From NCBI GenBank assembly GCA_965263255.1, contig CBDHHA010000008.1, forward strand, positions 3,525,987-3,589,986: a DNA stretch of 64,000 nt, written 5' to 3'. Source of the stretch: Bryobacterales bacterium (GTDB lineage Bacteria; Acidobacteriota; Terriglobia; Bryobacterales; UBA6623). Positions 1 to 8,848 of the stretch are shown here, one piece after another. The notes under the pieces are model-generated. The model worked only from the letters and a program-made list of their open reading frames with translations, was not told the origin of the DNA and did not search any database. The stretch's first letter is position 1. Each line of letters begins with the position of its first letter. Both the position numbers and the translations under genes were made by a program.

Positions 1-1
1 C

Positions 2-457
2 TGCAACGGGGCACCGGTCAGTTCCACGAAGCCGTTCCTGGCCGAGTTTCGTGGCACGGAGGGAACGGTTTATGTCTATAACGACGGATGGGAAGTCATC
101 CCGGAGCGCCAGGCATCTTTGCCGGCACCGGGAGGCGGCCCGCTTCCGGAGCACCAAGCAAGCCGGATCGCGCACCGGGACTCGTTCGAGCCTGTGATGG
201 ATGCCAGGAATGCCGAGGGACGCGCGGACACCCGGTTCCACATCCGGAACTTCCTGGACTGCATCAAGACGCGCGAAAAGCCCAACTGCGACATCGAGTC
301 GGCCCACCGGGCGACTACCACTGCCAACATCGCCAACATCGCGTACAAGACCCGCCAGCACCTGAGGTGGGACCGAGCCACCGAGCGATTCACCAACAGC
401 GAGGAGGCGAACGGCTACCTGCACTACGAGTACCGGAAGCCGTGGACCCTCGGTTGA
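2..457 (+). CDS. Gfo/Idh/MocA-family oxidoreductase, C-terminal part (5' end outside window)
   Basis: Frame 2 is open from base 2 to the TGA at 455-457. The tail ...HIRNFLDCIKTREKPNCDIESAHRATTTANIANIAYKTRQHLRWD...YRKPW resembles the C-terminal domain of Gfo/Idh/MocA oxidoreductases. Confidence 0.7.
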   Translation, partial: CNGAPVSSTKPFLAEFRGTEGTVYVYNDGWEVIPERQASLPAPGGGPLPEHQASRIAHRDSFEPVMDARNAEGRADTRFHIRNFLDCIKTREKPNCDIESAHRATTTANIANIAYKTRQHLRWDRATERFTNSEEANGYLHYEYRKPWTLG

Positions 458-561
458 GTCCCGATTGAGACTCGTCGCGGCCTGTCTCGGAATCGTCGGG
501 GCTTGCAGGGCCGCGCGCCAGGGCCATGGACAGCCCTTCCATGCCGGCAATCCGCTGCAGG

Positions 562-1968
562 TCAGAACCTCTCGAAGCTGCTCCGGCCGCCGGCTTCGAT
601 GTACCGCTCGTACCAAGGGTGATTGTGCGGCAGCGGAACGCCGTCGCGAGTCCATCCGTCACGCCGGGGCTCGCGGGGCATGGTGTCGCCGGTCTCCACC
701 CGCCAGTTGTCCAGAAGAGTCCTGAGGCTGTTCAAGGCGGACCGGTGCGCCTCCTCGCCCGCGACGTTCCGCAGTGACATGGGATCCACTTGGAGGTCGT
801 ACAGCTCCTCGTACGGCCTCGGTTCCCGGAAGATGAACTCCTGGGCCTCGGTCAAGCGGCCGGCGCGCTGCATCTGCAAGTACCCGGACCACGTGATCGA
901 GTTGATCGAATCGACGCTGTTCCACAGCGGCCTCTCCCAGTAGTAGTTCCGAACCAGCAGATAGCGCTCGGTCCGGACGGCACGGGTGAACTTCTCGAAA
1001 TCATGCCAGTTCGCCTCGGCGTAGATCGCCTCGCGGCCGGGCGCTTCCGGATTCCGGAACATGTCGGCTGCGCTGGTGCCCTGGGCCGAATCGAGGCGGT
1101 ACCCGGCCAGATCCAAGAGCGTGGGAGCGAGATCCACCACGCTGAACAGGCCCTTCTGGACCGTTGCTGCCGGTACGGCCCCGGGAAACCGCACGATCAT
1201 GGGCGTCCGTATTCCGGAGTCATACAGCGTTGTCTTGGCGCGCGGAAACGGCATCCCGTTGTCGGAGACGTAGGCAATCAGGGTCGAATCGAGGACTCCC
1301 TGCCGCTCCAGCTCGGCCAGAATCTCGCCCACGTGCGCGTCGAATCGGGTTACCTCGTCGTAGTAGAGAGCGAGATCCCGGCGAATCAGGGGATGATCCG
1401 GCAGGTACGGAGGAACGACGACGTCCGCAGGGTCGTGGGGGTTGGGAATGGCGTCCTCGTCGAACGGGCGATGCGGGTCCTTCGATGCGACCCAGAAGAA
1501 GAAGGGCTGGTCAGCCGGCCGGCCGGACAGTGCCTTGATTGCCTCGGAGGCGGTCTCCCTGCCGGGGCAGTCGACGACAACGTCCCAGTGCCGCTGCTCG
1601 GCGGATCCGAGATGCCACTTGCCGACAGAGATGTTGTAGTAGTTCTCTTCTCGTAGACGGCGGGCGATCGTGCGCTGGTCGGCCGGCAGGGGCATGTGCA
1701 GGTCCTCCGCCCCGGTCGAGTGCGGATAGCGCCCGGTGAGAATGCTCGCGCGCGACGGGCTGCATGAGGAGATCGTCAGGAAGGCGTTGTCGAATCGCAT
1801 GCCCTCGCGAGCGAGCCGGTCGACGTTCGGCGTCCGCAGAGAGGGGTGTCCGTAGATGGAGAGGTCGCCTTCTCCCTGGTCGTCGGCGATGAAGATCAGT
1901 ATGTTGGCCGGCTGGGCCTGGGCTCCGGTCGCAAGCGCAGCCAGCAGGATCAGCGCACGGAGAATCAT
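562..1968 (-). CDS. Cys-type sulfatase (arylsulfatase family), secreted
   Basis: ORF 562..2016. The likely start is ATG 1966-1968 (MILRALILLAALATGAQA signal peptide). It carries IFIADDQG and the formylglycine motif SSCSPSRASILTGRYPH (C-x-P-x-R). Confidence 0.9.
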   Translation of the reverse strand: MILRALILLAALATGAQAQPANILIFIADDQGEGDLSIYGHPSLRTPNVDRLAREGMRFDNAFLTISSCSPSRASILTGRYPHSTGAEDLHMPLPADQRTIARRLREENYYNISVGKWHLGSAEQRHWDVVVDCPGRETASEAIKALSGRPADQPFFFWVASKDPHRPFDEDAIPNPHDPADVVVPPYLPDHPLIRRDLALYYDEVTRFDAHVGEILAELERQGVLDSTLIAYVSDNGMPFPRAKTTLYDSGIRTPMIVRFPGAVPAATVQKGLFSVVDLAPTLLDLAGYRLDSAQGTSAADMFRNPEAPGREAIYAEANWHDFEKFTRAVRTERYLLVRNYYWERPLWNSVDSINSITWSGYLQMQRAGRLTEAQEFIFREPRPYEELYDLQVDPMSLRNVAGEEAHRSALNSLRTLLDNWRVETGDTMPREPRRDGWTRDGVPLPHNHPWYERYIEAGGRSSFERF

Positions 1969-2126
1969 CCCCGGATTATAGGCACGCCCGATCCCGCCGC
2001 CAGCGGTACGATACATGGCGTCGCGTCATGCGGCGCGCGGATCACGCCGGTAAGGCCCGTGCCTGCGAGAGCCGCAGGGCGGCCAGCGCCGTGACGAGCG
2101 CGCCTTGGTTGCCGGACAGGATTGCC

Positions 2127-3596
2127 ATGCAGTACCCCTCATTCTTCGCATCAGCCTCGAGTCGAGTGCGGACGGCACTGACGTTCGTGATTCTCGGATC
2201 GTTCGGGTGCTCGTCAGCGCCGGTCGAGGATGCGCACCCGCTCAACGTCCTCCTCATCACCGCAGACGACCTGGGCCTGCAACTGAGCAGCTACGGCGAC
2301 TCCGTCATCGAGACGCCGAACATCGATGCCCTCGCCGCCAGTGGCGCGCAATTCGACATCGCCTACGTCGCGCAGGCATCCTGCAGCCCGTCGCGGAGCG
2401 CGATGTTCACCGGCCTGTACGTTCACAGCAACGGGCAGTTCGGGCTCACCAACGCATCGGACTTCAGCCTGCATCCCCGATTGCACGACGCTACGATGCC
2501 CAACATCCTGAAGCGGGCCGGCTACCGCACCGGGCTGATCGGCAAGCTGCATGTCGATCCGGAGGACCGGTTCCAGTGGGACCTCCGCTCGAGGGTCAAT
2601 GCGCGCGACGTGGCGGGAATGGCCTCCGTCGCGGAGGACTTCATGAGGGGCGAGCAGGACGGCCCGTTCTTCCTGATGGTGAACTTCACCGACCCACACG
2701 CCTACCGAGAACGCGATCCGCAGACACGCGAAGTCATTTCCGGGTGGACATTCCTGGACCAATTCGAAGGCGTTCCCGCGACATTGGTCGAGCCCAGCGA
2801 GAAGACAGTCTTCCCGTTTCAGGGAATCGACACGCCCGAGCAGCGGGAGCGGGTTGCGGGGTACTACAACGAGGTCCTGCGAGTCGACGCTGGCGTAGGC
2901 CTGCTGCTGGACTCCATGGAGCGGCTCGGCCGGGCCGGTGACACGCTGGTCATCCTGACCGGTGACCATGGACCGCCGTTTGACCGCGCCAAGACGACCG
3001 TGTACGAGGCCGGTCTGCGCGTCCCCTTCCTGGTGCGCTGGCCAGGCGTCTCGGAGCCGATGCGGAGCGAGGCGATGGTCTCGACGGTCGATATCCTGCC
3101 GACCATCCTTGACGCGACCGGGGCTCCGGCGGCGGTCGAAATGCAGGGCATGTCGCTCAGGCCAGTCCTAGAGGATTCCGGGGCCTCCTGGCGCGAGTAC
3201 CTTGTGGGGGAATTCCACATGCACGGAAAGCCCTGGTTTCCCCGCCGCGCCATCCGAGACGCGCGCTACAAGCTGATTCACAACCTGCTGGCAGAAACCG
3301 GCAGCCCGAGCAATCGCATTGACGGCGACCTGGGCTATCTGACCTCCCGGGAGGAACGCTACGCCGGGACGCCGGTGCGGGAGGCCTTCGATACCTTCGC
3401 CAACCCTCCGGAGTTCGAGCTGTACGACCTTCAGCAGGATCCATGGGAGTTCCAAAACGTCGCCGGGGAGGCCGAGTACTCCGGGATTCTCGAGCGTCTC
3501 CAGGCGGCCTTGGCGGACTGGCGCCGCGAAACCGACGATCCTCTGCTCGACCCTGCGTTTGTCGAGGAGATGCGCGAGCGGGTGGATGGCAGCTGA
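2127..3596 (+). CDS. Cys-type sulfatase, probable lipoprotein
   Basis: ORF 2028..3596. The probable start is ATG 2127 (MQYPSFF...ILGSFGCSS, lipobox-like). It carries LLITADDLG and ASCSPSRSAMFTGLY (C-x-P-x-R). It is divergent from the neighbouring sulfatase. Confidence 0.9.
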   Translation: MQYPSFFASASSRVRTALTFVILGSFGCSSAPVEDAHPLNVLLITADDLGLQLSSYGDSVIETPNIDALAASGAQFDIAYVAQASCSPSRSAMFTGLYVHSNGQFGLTNASDFSLHPRLHDATMPNILKRAGYRTGLIGKLHVDPEDRFQWDLRSRVNARDVAGMASVAEDFMRGEQDGPFFLMVNFTDPHAYRERDPQTREVISGWTFLDQFEGVPATLVEPSEKTVFPFQGIDTPEQRERVAGYYNEVLRVDAGVGLLLDSMERLGRAGDTLVILTGDHGPPFDRAKTTVYEAGLRVPFLVRWPGVSEPMRSEAMVSTVDILPTILDATGAPAAVEMQGMSLRPVLEDSGASWREYLVGEFHMHGKPWFPRRAIRDARYKLIHNLLAETGSPSNRIDGDLGYLTSREERYAGTPVREAFDTFANPPEFELYDLQQDPWEFQNVAGEAEYSGILERLQAALADWRRETDDPLLDPAFVEEMRERVDGS

Positions 3597-3718
3597 CGCC
3601 CTTCGGAACGGGAGAACGAGGCGCGGAGCCCGGTCGCCCCAGGCTCGCAGCGCTCGTTGAAGGCCCGCGGCGAGTTTCCCGAGCGAGGGGGCAGCGGCGT
3701 GCCCTAGAATCGTGCCAT

Positions 3719-5662
3719 ATGCGTTTCCCGCTGCCCCTTGCCGCCCTCCTTGCGGTCTCTGCGTTGGCCCAGGACTCCACTGAGGCGGGCCGATTCACCG
3801 TGGAGCACCCGACGCTCCACAATCTCGGATTCGAGTGGTCCATCACTGGCGACGAGAACCGCAACGCCTCCGTGTCGGTCACCTTCCGGAAGGCTGGCGA
3901 CTCGTCCTGGCGCGAAGCGCTTCCGCTGGTCCGGATCGGCGGCGAGCGTGTCTTCCGCAAGCGGGAAAACCTCGACTACACCGTTCCGGACGGCTTTGCC
4001 GGCAGCATCCTGAACCTCGAGGAGGGCACGGAGTACGAATGCCGCTTCGAGCTGAGCGATCCGGACGGTACGGCCGGCGAGGCCGTCAAGACCGTCCGCG
4101 TCACGACCCGGTCCGAGCCGCAGCCGTTCGAAGGAGGGGAGATCCGGCACGTCTATCCCCCGTATCACGAGGGCGAGAAGCTGGAGCCCCACTTCACGAG
4201 CCTGCTGCAGGCCTACTACGGAGCCGGCCTCGGCGACTGGAGCGTCGTGTGGGAACGCCCCGTGAAGCCCGGCGACACCATCCTGGTGCACGCCGGCCTT
4301 TACCGGAACGACAGGTTGAACTACGTCGATCCGATGATGACGCCGTTCGACGGCACGAACTGGCTCACCATCAAGGCGACGCCAGAGCGACCGATCACGA
4401 TTCGCGCCGCCGGCGATGGCGATGTCGTGTTCGACGGAGCCGGCAACCACCGGCTCTTCGATGTCACCGCCTCGGCCCATCACATCTTCGACGGCCTCAC
4501 GTTCCGCAACACGGACATAGCCATATTCGCTGGATTCAAGAATGTCACCGGGGCTACCGGGCTCACGGTCAGGAACTGCCGCTTCGAGGACATCGGGTTC
4601 GGAGTCTGGACCGAGTACGCGGGTTCGAGCGACTTCTACATTGCCGACAACATCTTCCTCGGCCGCACCGAGCAGCGGAACCTGCTCGTGGGCTGGACGG
4701 GCCCTCTGTGGCGCAGCGCGGGCCCCTACGGATCGCACGAGGTCCGCAGCTACTACGCCGTCAAGGTGTACGGGCCGGGCCACGTGATCGCCCACAACGC
4801 GGTCGCCTACTTCCACGACGGCATCGGCATCTCCACTTACGGCACGCCCGAATCGGACCCGGAACGGCGTGCCTCGTCAATCGACATCTACGGCAATGAC
4901 ATCCACTTGTCGGGCGACGACTTCATCGAGACCGACGGCGGCGTCCACAATATCCGCGTGTACAACAACCGCGGCGTCAACGCGGCGCATGGCGGCTACA
5001 GCTCGCAGCCGGTCTTCGGCGGCCCGGCCTACTTCATCCGGAACCTGCTCTATCACGTGCCCAGCGGCGTCGCGTTCAAGTTCTCGGCGAAGGCAGCCGG
5101 GCTGTTCGCCTACCACAACACGATCATCGGCGAGCAGGTGGCGGGGGACCCGACGTCGAACATGCATTACCGGAACAACCTCTTCCTCGGACGCGGCACG
5201 CCCGACCGCGGAGTGATGAGGTGGTCGAACGCAACCGCAGCGCACAGTTCCGACTACAACGGCTATCGCCCCAACCCGAACGTATCGGCGCAATACCGAT
5301 GGCTTTCGCCGCCAGAGGGAGAGACGCGCTACGAGCCGAAGCCGGACGACCAGCGAGCATTCGCCACCCTTGCCGAGCTCAGGGCCGCCACGGGACAGGA
5401 ACAGCACGGAATTGAAGTGGACTTCGGGATCTTCCGGCGCATGGAGCCGCCCGACCCTTCGAAACGTCATGCCGTGTACCACGCCAGGGACCTGGACTTC
5501 CGCCTCAGGCCCGGCAGCAGGGCTGTCGACGCCGGGGTCCGGATCCCCACCGTCAACGACGGGTATGCGGGCGACGCGCCGGATTTGGGAGCCCTCGAGG
5601 TCGGCCAACCGGTTCCCCGGTACGGTCCCCGGTGGCTGGAGAGCGAGCCCTTCTACCAGTAG
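3719..5662 (+). CDS. Secreted right-handed parallel beta-helix repeat protein (possible polysaccharide lyase/hydrolase)
   Basis: ORF 3443..5662. The probable start is ATG 3719 (MRFPLPLAALLAVSALA signal). Repeated short rungs (ITIRAAGDGDVVFDGAGN, LTFRNTDIAIF, LTVRNCRFEDIGFGVW, YIADNIFLG, IYGNDIHLSGDDFIETD, IRVYNNRGVN) are typical of the pectate-lyase fold. Confidence 0.7.
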   Translation: MRFPLPLAALLAVSALAQDSTEAGRFTVEHPTLHNLGFEWSITGDENRNASVSVTFRKAGDSSWREALPLVRIGGERVFRKRENLDYTVPDGFAGSILNLEEGTEYECRFELSDPDGTAGEAVKTVRVTTRSEPQPFEGGEIRHVYPPYHEGEKLEPHFTSLLQAYYGAGLGDWSVVWERPVKPGDTILVHAGLYRNDRLNYVDPMMTPFDGTNWLTIKATPERPITIRAAGDGDVVFDGAGNHRLFDVTASAHHIFDGLTFRNTDIAIFAGFKNVTGATGLTVRNCRFEDIGFGVWTEYAGSSDFYIADNIFLGRTEQRNLLVGWTGPLWRSAGPYGSHEVRSYYAVKVYGPGHVIAHNAVAYFHDGIGISTYGTPESDPERRASSIDIYGNDIHLSGDDFIETDGGVHNIRVYNNRGVNAAHGGYSSQPVFGGPAYFIRNLLYHVPSGVAFKFSAKAAGLFAYHNTIIGEQVAGDPTSNMHYRNNLFLGRGTPDRGVMRWSNATAAHSSDYNGYRPNPNVSAQYRWLSPPEGETRYEPKPDDQRAFATLAELRAATGQEQHGIEVDFGIFRRMEPPDPSKRHAVYHARDLDFRLRPGSRAVDAGVRIPTVNDGYAGDAPDLGALEVGQPVPRYGPRWLESEPFYQ

Positions 5663-5724
5663 GGTCCATTCGGAGCGACGCGGGGCAGCAGCCTTTGTCT
5701 CGCGACCTGCGGATCCGTTTCGGG

Positions 5725-8700
5725 TCAGTTCCTCGCTTGTGACTGCACGAATCGGAGGAGGTCTGCCATCTCGGCCGGCGCAATCTCGTCCGCCAGGCCC
5801 TCCGGCATCAGGGACAGGCCCATTGAGGTGAGCGAGGCGATCCGAGACCGCATAACTGTGTCTTCGAAGCCCTCGCCCCTGCGCAAGGTGACGATTCGGA
5901 CGTACTCGCGAGCGAGAATGCCCGTGAGGATCCGCCCGTCCACCGTGTCCAACCGGTAGTTGACGAAGTTGGACTGGACGGACCGGTTGGGATCGAGAAT
6001 GTCAACAAGCAGCTCCTCGCGGGAGGACGAGGCTCGCTCGACCAGATCCGGGCCAACCTCGTGCCCCATGCCGCCGAGCCGATGGCAGGTGGCGCACTCG
6101 CGATCGAACACCTCGGCGCCGCGGCTGGCATCGCCTTCCATGTCGAGGGCCAGACGATAGTCGCGAATCACGTCCTCGGGACTCGCAGCTTCGACCTCGG
6201 ACAGAATCCGCCGCGCCTGCGCGCGGATCCCGGGGCTGGGGTGCTCCAGCAAAGCCTTTCTCCGCGCCGGCTCCAGCTGCGCGGCCACTACCGTCCCGTC
6301 TGCCAATGCGTCCAGGAACAGTTGCAGGCGTTCCTCACTGCGGAACAGCACTTCCGCAGCCTCGCGACGCACGGCGGGACTGTAGCTCCGCCAGCGGTCG
6401 AGGAGCACGCGCCCGACTTCCGCTCCCCCGTGAGCCGCCAGAGACCGTACCGCCGCCAGCTGGACGCTGGCGGCCTCGTCCGGGGAAAGCAGCGTTGCAA
6501 GCGCAGTGATCGCCTCTGTTCGGGGGGCCCAGGACAGCAAGCGGATTGCTCGCGTGCGCTCCGCCTCGTCCGCAGGGTCCCGGTCGGCCGCGACGGCCGC
6601 CGCCTCTGCGAGAGCGTCATCAATAACAGAGCGCAATGGCGGACTCGCCCGAGCGTCACGGTACTCCCGGAGGGAACTCCCTTCCCGCTGAAGGCCTGCG
6701 GCAATGCCGGATAGCGCCGCTACGCGGATCCCTCTGCCGGGGGGGCCTCGCACCCCCGCAGCGGCCTCGAGCACGGCCAGAACCGCTTCGGGCGGTTCGT
6801 TGGTCGCCACGATCGAGGCCAGCTGGCTGACGGCACCGGCGCTGTCGGAGTTGGAGAGGAAGGACGGATCGCCGAGCAGCAGATCCACCAGGGCCAGGGA
6901 ATCGTCCCGCGCTCCCGCGAACACCGCGGCGCGGGTCCACTCGTCCCCCGGATTCCGGCGCAGGATGGAGGCGAGAATCCGGGGGGCGTCGTCGCGGCCG
7001 AGCGCCGGGACTGCAAGCGCAACTTGGAACCTTACGGCGGCATCGGGATCCCCGGACATCGCCGCCAGCCGGGCGGCAAGTGCGGGCGAGTCCGGAAGCC
7101 GGGATTCGGCGATGCGCACCGCGCTCTTGCGCATAGCGCCGAGCGTATCGGCGAGCGCCGCCACGAGCGTGCCCTCGTCAAGCCGGTCGAGACCCTCCAG
7201 CACCCACAGGGCATGGAGCCTGCCCCGGGGAGACTGGGACTGCACGACCGAGGCACTGAGGGCCGCGGCCGCCCGGACGGCAGATCGCTCGAACAGGAGC
7301 CTGTGGGCGGTCTCACGCTGCCAGCCATCTGCGTGACCGAGGAGGGCGACCAGTTCGAAGTCATCGGCCTGGCCCAGTTGCGGCGGCGCGGGCCGGGCGA
7401 AGCCGTCCGGGACGATGCGGTAGATGCGGCCCATGTCCTGCCCGGTGTAGTAGTCGACATGCTCCAGAATTTCGCCGGGAATGGCGCTCGGATCCTCGAT
7501 CACTTCGCGGTACATGTCCGCCAGGTAGAGGCAACCGTCCGGGCCGTTCACGAGATTGACGGGCCGGAACCAGTTGTCGGTCGACGCCAGAAAGTCCCGC
7601 CCGGGCGCGCCGCGGCGGCCCCGGAACGTGACACCGGAAGCCTCTAGAACTGTCCGCAGCACGAGGTTGCCCGCAGGTTCCGGCGCGAAGGCGTTCCCGG
7701 CGAACTCCGGGGGATACGCCGCCCCGCGATAGATCGCGAGGCCCGCTCCGCCCGTGTAGTAGCCGTGGGTGGCAAGTTCGCGGGGTGGGAACCGCCGCGC
7801 CCGCATTTCGTGGGTCGTGTCTACCCAGCGGTCCCAGTGCTCCTTGCGGGCGACACGCCACGGCTCCGGGCGGCTGATCGGATATACCCGGCGGTCCGCC
7901 AGCGGGACGGGTTCCGCCAGTCTCCGCGGCTCCATGCCCTCGACCCAGTGGCGCAGAGGGAAGACTGCGTGGATGACCGGGTTGCCGGAATTCGAGCCGA
8001 AGCGGTTGCCCCAGTCGTCGAAGGCGTTGCCGAAGTCACCGCCTGTACCCTCGACGGCTTCGAAGGCCTCGGTGACGGGGTGGAAACGGAAGTCGTTCGA
8101 GCCCAGCGGCAGTCCGCCGCCCTCGTCCCGTTCGACGTGCCGGATCGTGCCGCCATTGTAGGAAGTGGTGCCGTAGATCCAGTGATCGAGCCCCCACCGG
8201 AGGTTGTTGACGATGTCCTCGGACTTTTGCGTGCCGAAGCCCGTGAACACGGTCCGGCGGATATCAGCGGCCCCGTCACCGTCCGTGTCCTTCAGGTAGA
8301 GGATGTCCGGCGCCGCAGTGACGAAGATCCCGCCCTTCCAGCAAGCGATCCCGCTGGGCCAGTGCAGGCGGTCAGCGAATACGCCGGCGGTCTCGAAGAA
8401 CCCGTCAGCGTCCTTGTCCTCCAGCAGCCGGATCCGGCCGGCAGCGCCGCCGCCCGGGGGCGGGTCGTGGGGATAGCCCCGCATCTCCGCCACGTACATC
8501 CGGCCGCTCTCGTCGAAGGCCATGGCGATCGGATCCGCCACATTCGGCTCGGAAGCCGCCAACTCGACCCGGAAGCCCTCGGCAACCTGGAACGATCGCA
8601 GGGCCTCGGCGGGCGAAAGAGGCGGCCGGCGCTCGAGGCCGTTTGCAAGCGGTGACTTCCCCCCGCAAGCGATCTGCCAGAGGCAGGCAGCCGCGAGGCC

Positions 8701-8760
8701 GGCAAGGACGATCAGCCGCCGGCACGTGCCGGCTTGAGGTTGGCGCCAGTGCATTGGCAT
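5725..8760 (-). CDS. PVC-type heme-binding CxxCH protein (membrane-bound dehydrogenase domain + HEAT-like repeats + C-terminal cytochrome c)
   Basis: ORF 5725..8985. I prefer the start ATG 8758-8760 (MPMHWRQ...LAACLWQIACGG) because the longer form overlaps the upstream gene. N-terminal FRVELAASEPNVADPIAMAFDESGRMYVAEMRGYP, Ala/Leu-rich helical repeats, and the heme motif CATCHRLGGMG near the C-terminus. Confidence 0.85.
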   Translation of the reverse strand: MPMHWRQPQAGTCRRLIVLAGLAAACLWQIACGGKSPLANGLERRPPLSPAEALRSFQVAEGFRVELAASEPNVADPIAMAFDESGRMYVAEMRGYPHDPPPGGGAAGRIRLLEDKDADGFFETAGVFADRLHWPSGIACWKGGIFVTAAPDILYLKDTDGDGAADIRRTVFTGFGTQKSEDIVNNLRWGLDHWIYGTTSYNGGTIRHVERDEGGGLPLGSNDFRFHPVTEAFEAVEGTGGDFGNAFDDWGNRFGSNSGNPVIHAVFPLRHWVEGMEPRRLAEPVPLADRRVYPISRPEPWRVARKEHWDRWVDTTHEMRARRFPPRELATHGYYTGGAGLAIYRGAAYPPEFAGNAFAPEPAGNLVLRTVLEASGVTFRGRRGAPGRDFLASTDNWFRPVNLVNGPDGCLYLADMYREVIEDPSAIPGEILEHVDYYTGQDMGRIYRIVPDGFARPAPPQLGQADDFELVALLGHADGWQRETAHRLLFERSAVRAAAALSASVVQSQSPRGRLHALWVLEGLDRLDEGTLVAALADTLGAMRKSAVRIAESRLPDSPALAARLAAMSGDPDAAVRFQVALAVPALGRDDAPRILASILRRNPGDEWTRAAVFAGARDDSLALVDLLLGDPSFLSNSDSAGAVSQLASIVATNEPPEAVLAVLEAAAGVRGPPGRGIRVAALSGIAAGLQREGSSLREYRDARASPPLRSVIDDALAEAAAVAADRDPADEAERTRAIRLLSWAPRTEAITALATLLSPDEAASVQLAAVRSLAAHGGAEVGRVLLDRWRSYSPAVRREAAEVLFRSEERLQLFLDALADGTVVAAQLEPARRKALLEHPSPGIRAQARRILSEVEAASPEDVIRDYRLALDMEGDASRGAEVFDRECATCHRLGGMGHEVGPDLVERASSSREELLVDILDPNRSVQSNFVNYRLDTVDGRILTGILAREYVRIVTLRRGEGFEDTVMRSRIASLTSMGLSLMPEGLADEIAPAEMADLLRFVQSQARN

Positions 8761-8848
8761 TTGCTCTTGGGCGGGCGACGGGCGCCGCCGCCGGTCGAGG
8801 CTGGTGCGAGAGTCGATCCGGTGGCCGGCACCGCGCGCCCCGCCTGGG

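Noticed and set aside
790-1656. Many long antisense or off-frame ORFs in the track (for example 790..1656, 3157..3960, 3704..4816, 21192..22268, 23149..24282, 36950..38155, 50145..51809, 57059..58291)
   Set aside because: These are typical shadow ORFs of a high-GC genome. They are Arg/Ala/Pro/Gly-rich, show no family resemblance, and fully overlap ORFs with clear homology-type motifs.
3443-3718. N-terminal extensions of several ORFs (3443-3718, 8761-8985, 2028-2126, 20034-20237, 18368-18658, 48849-49061, 57107-57340)
   Set aside because: The extensions are Arg/Gly/Pro-rich and overlap neighbouring genes or intergenic hairpins. Internal ATGs are followed by clean signal peptides or conserved N-termini.
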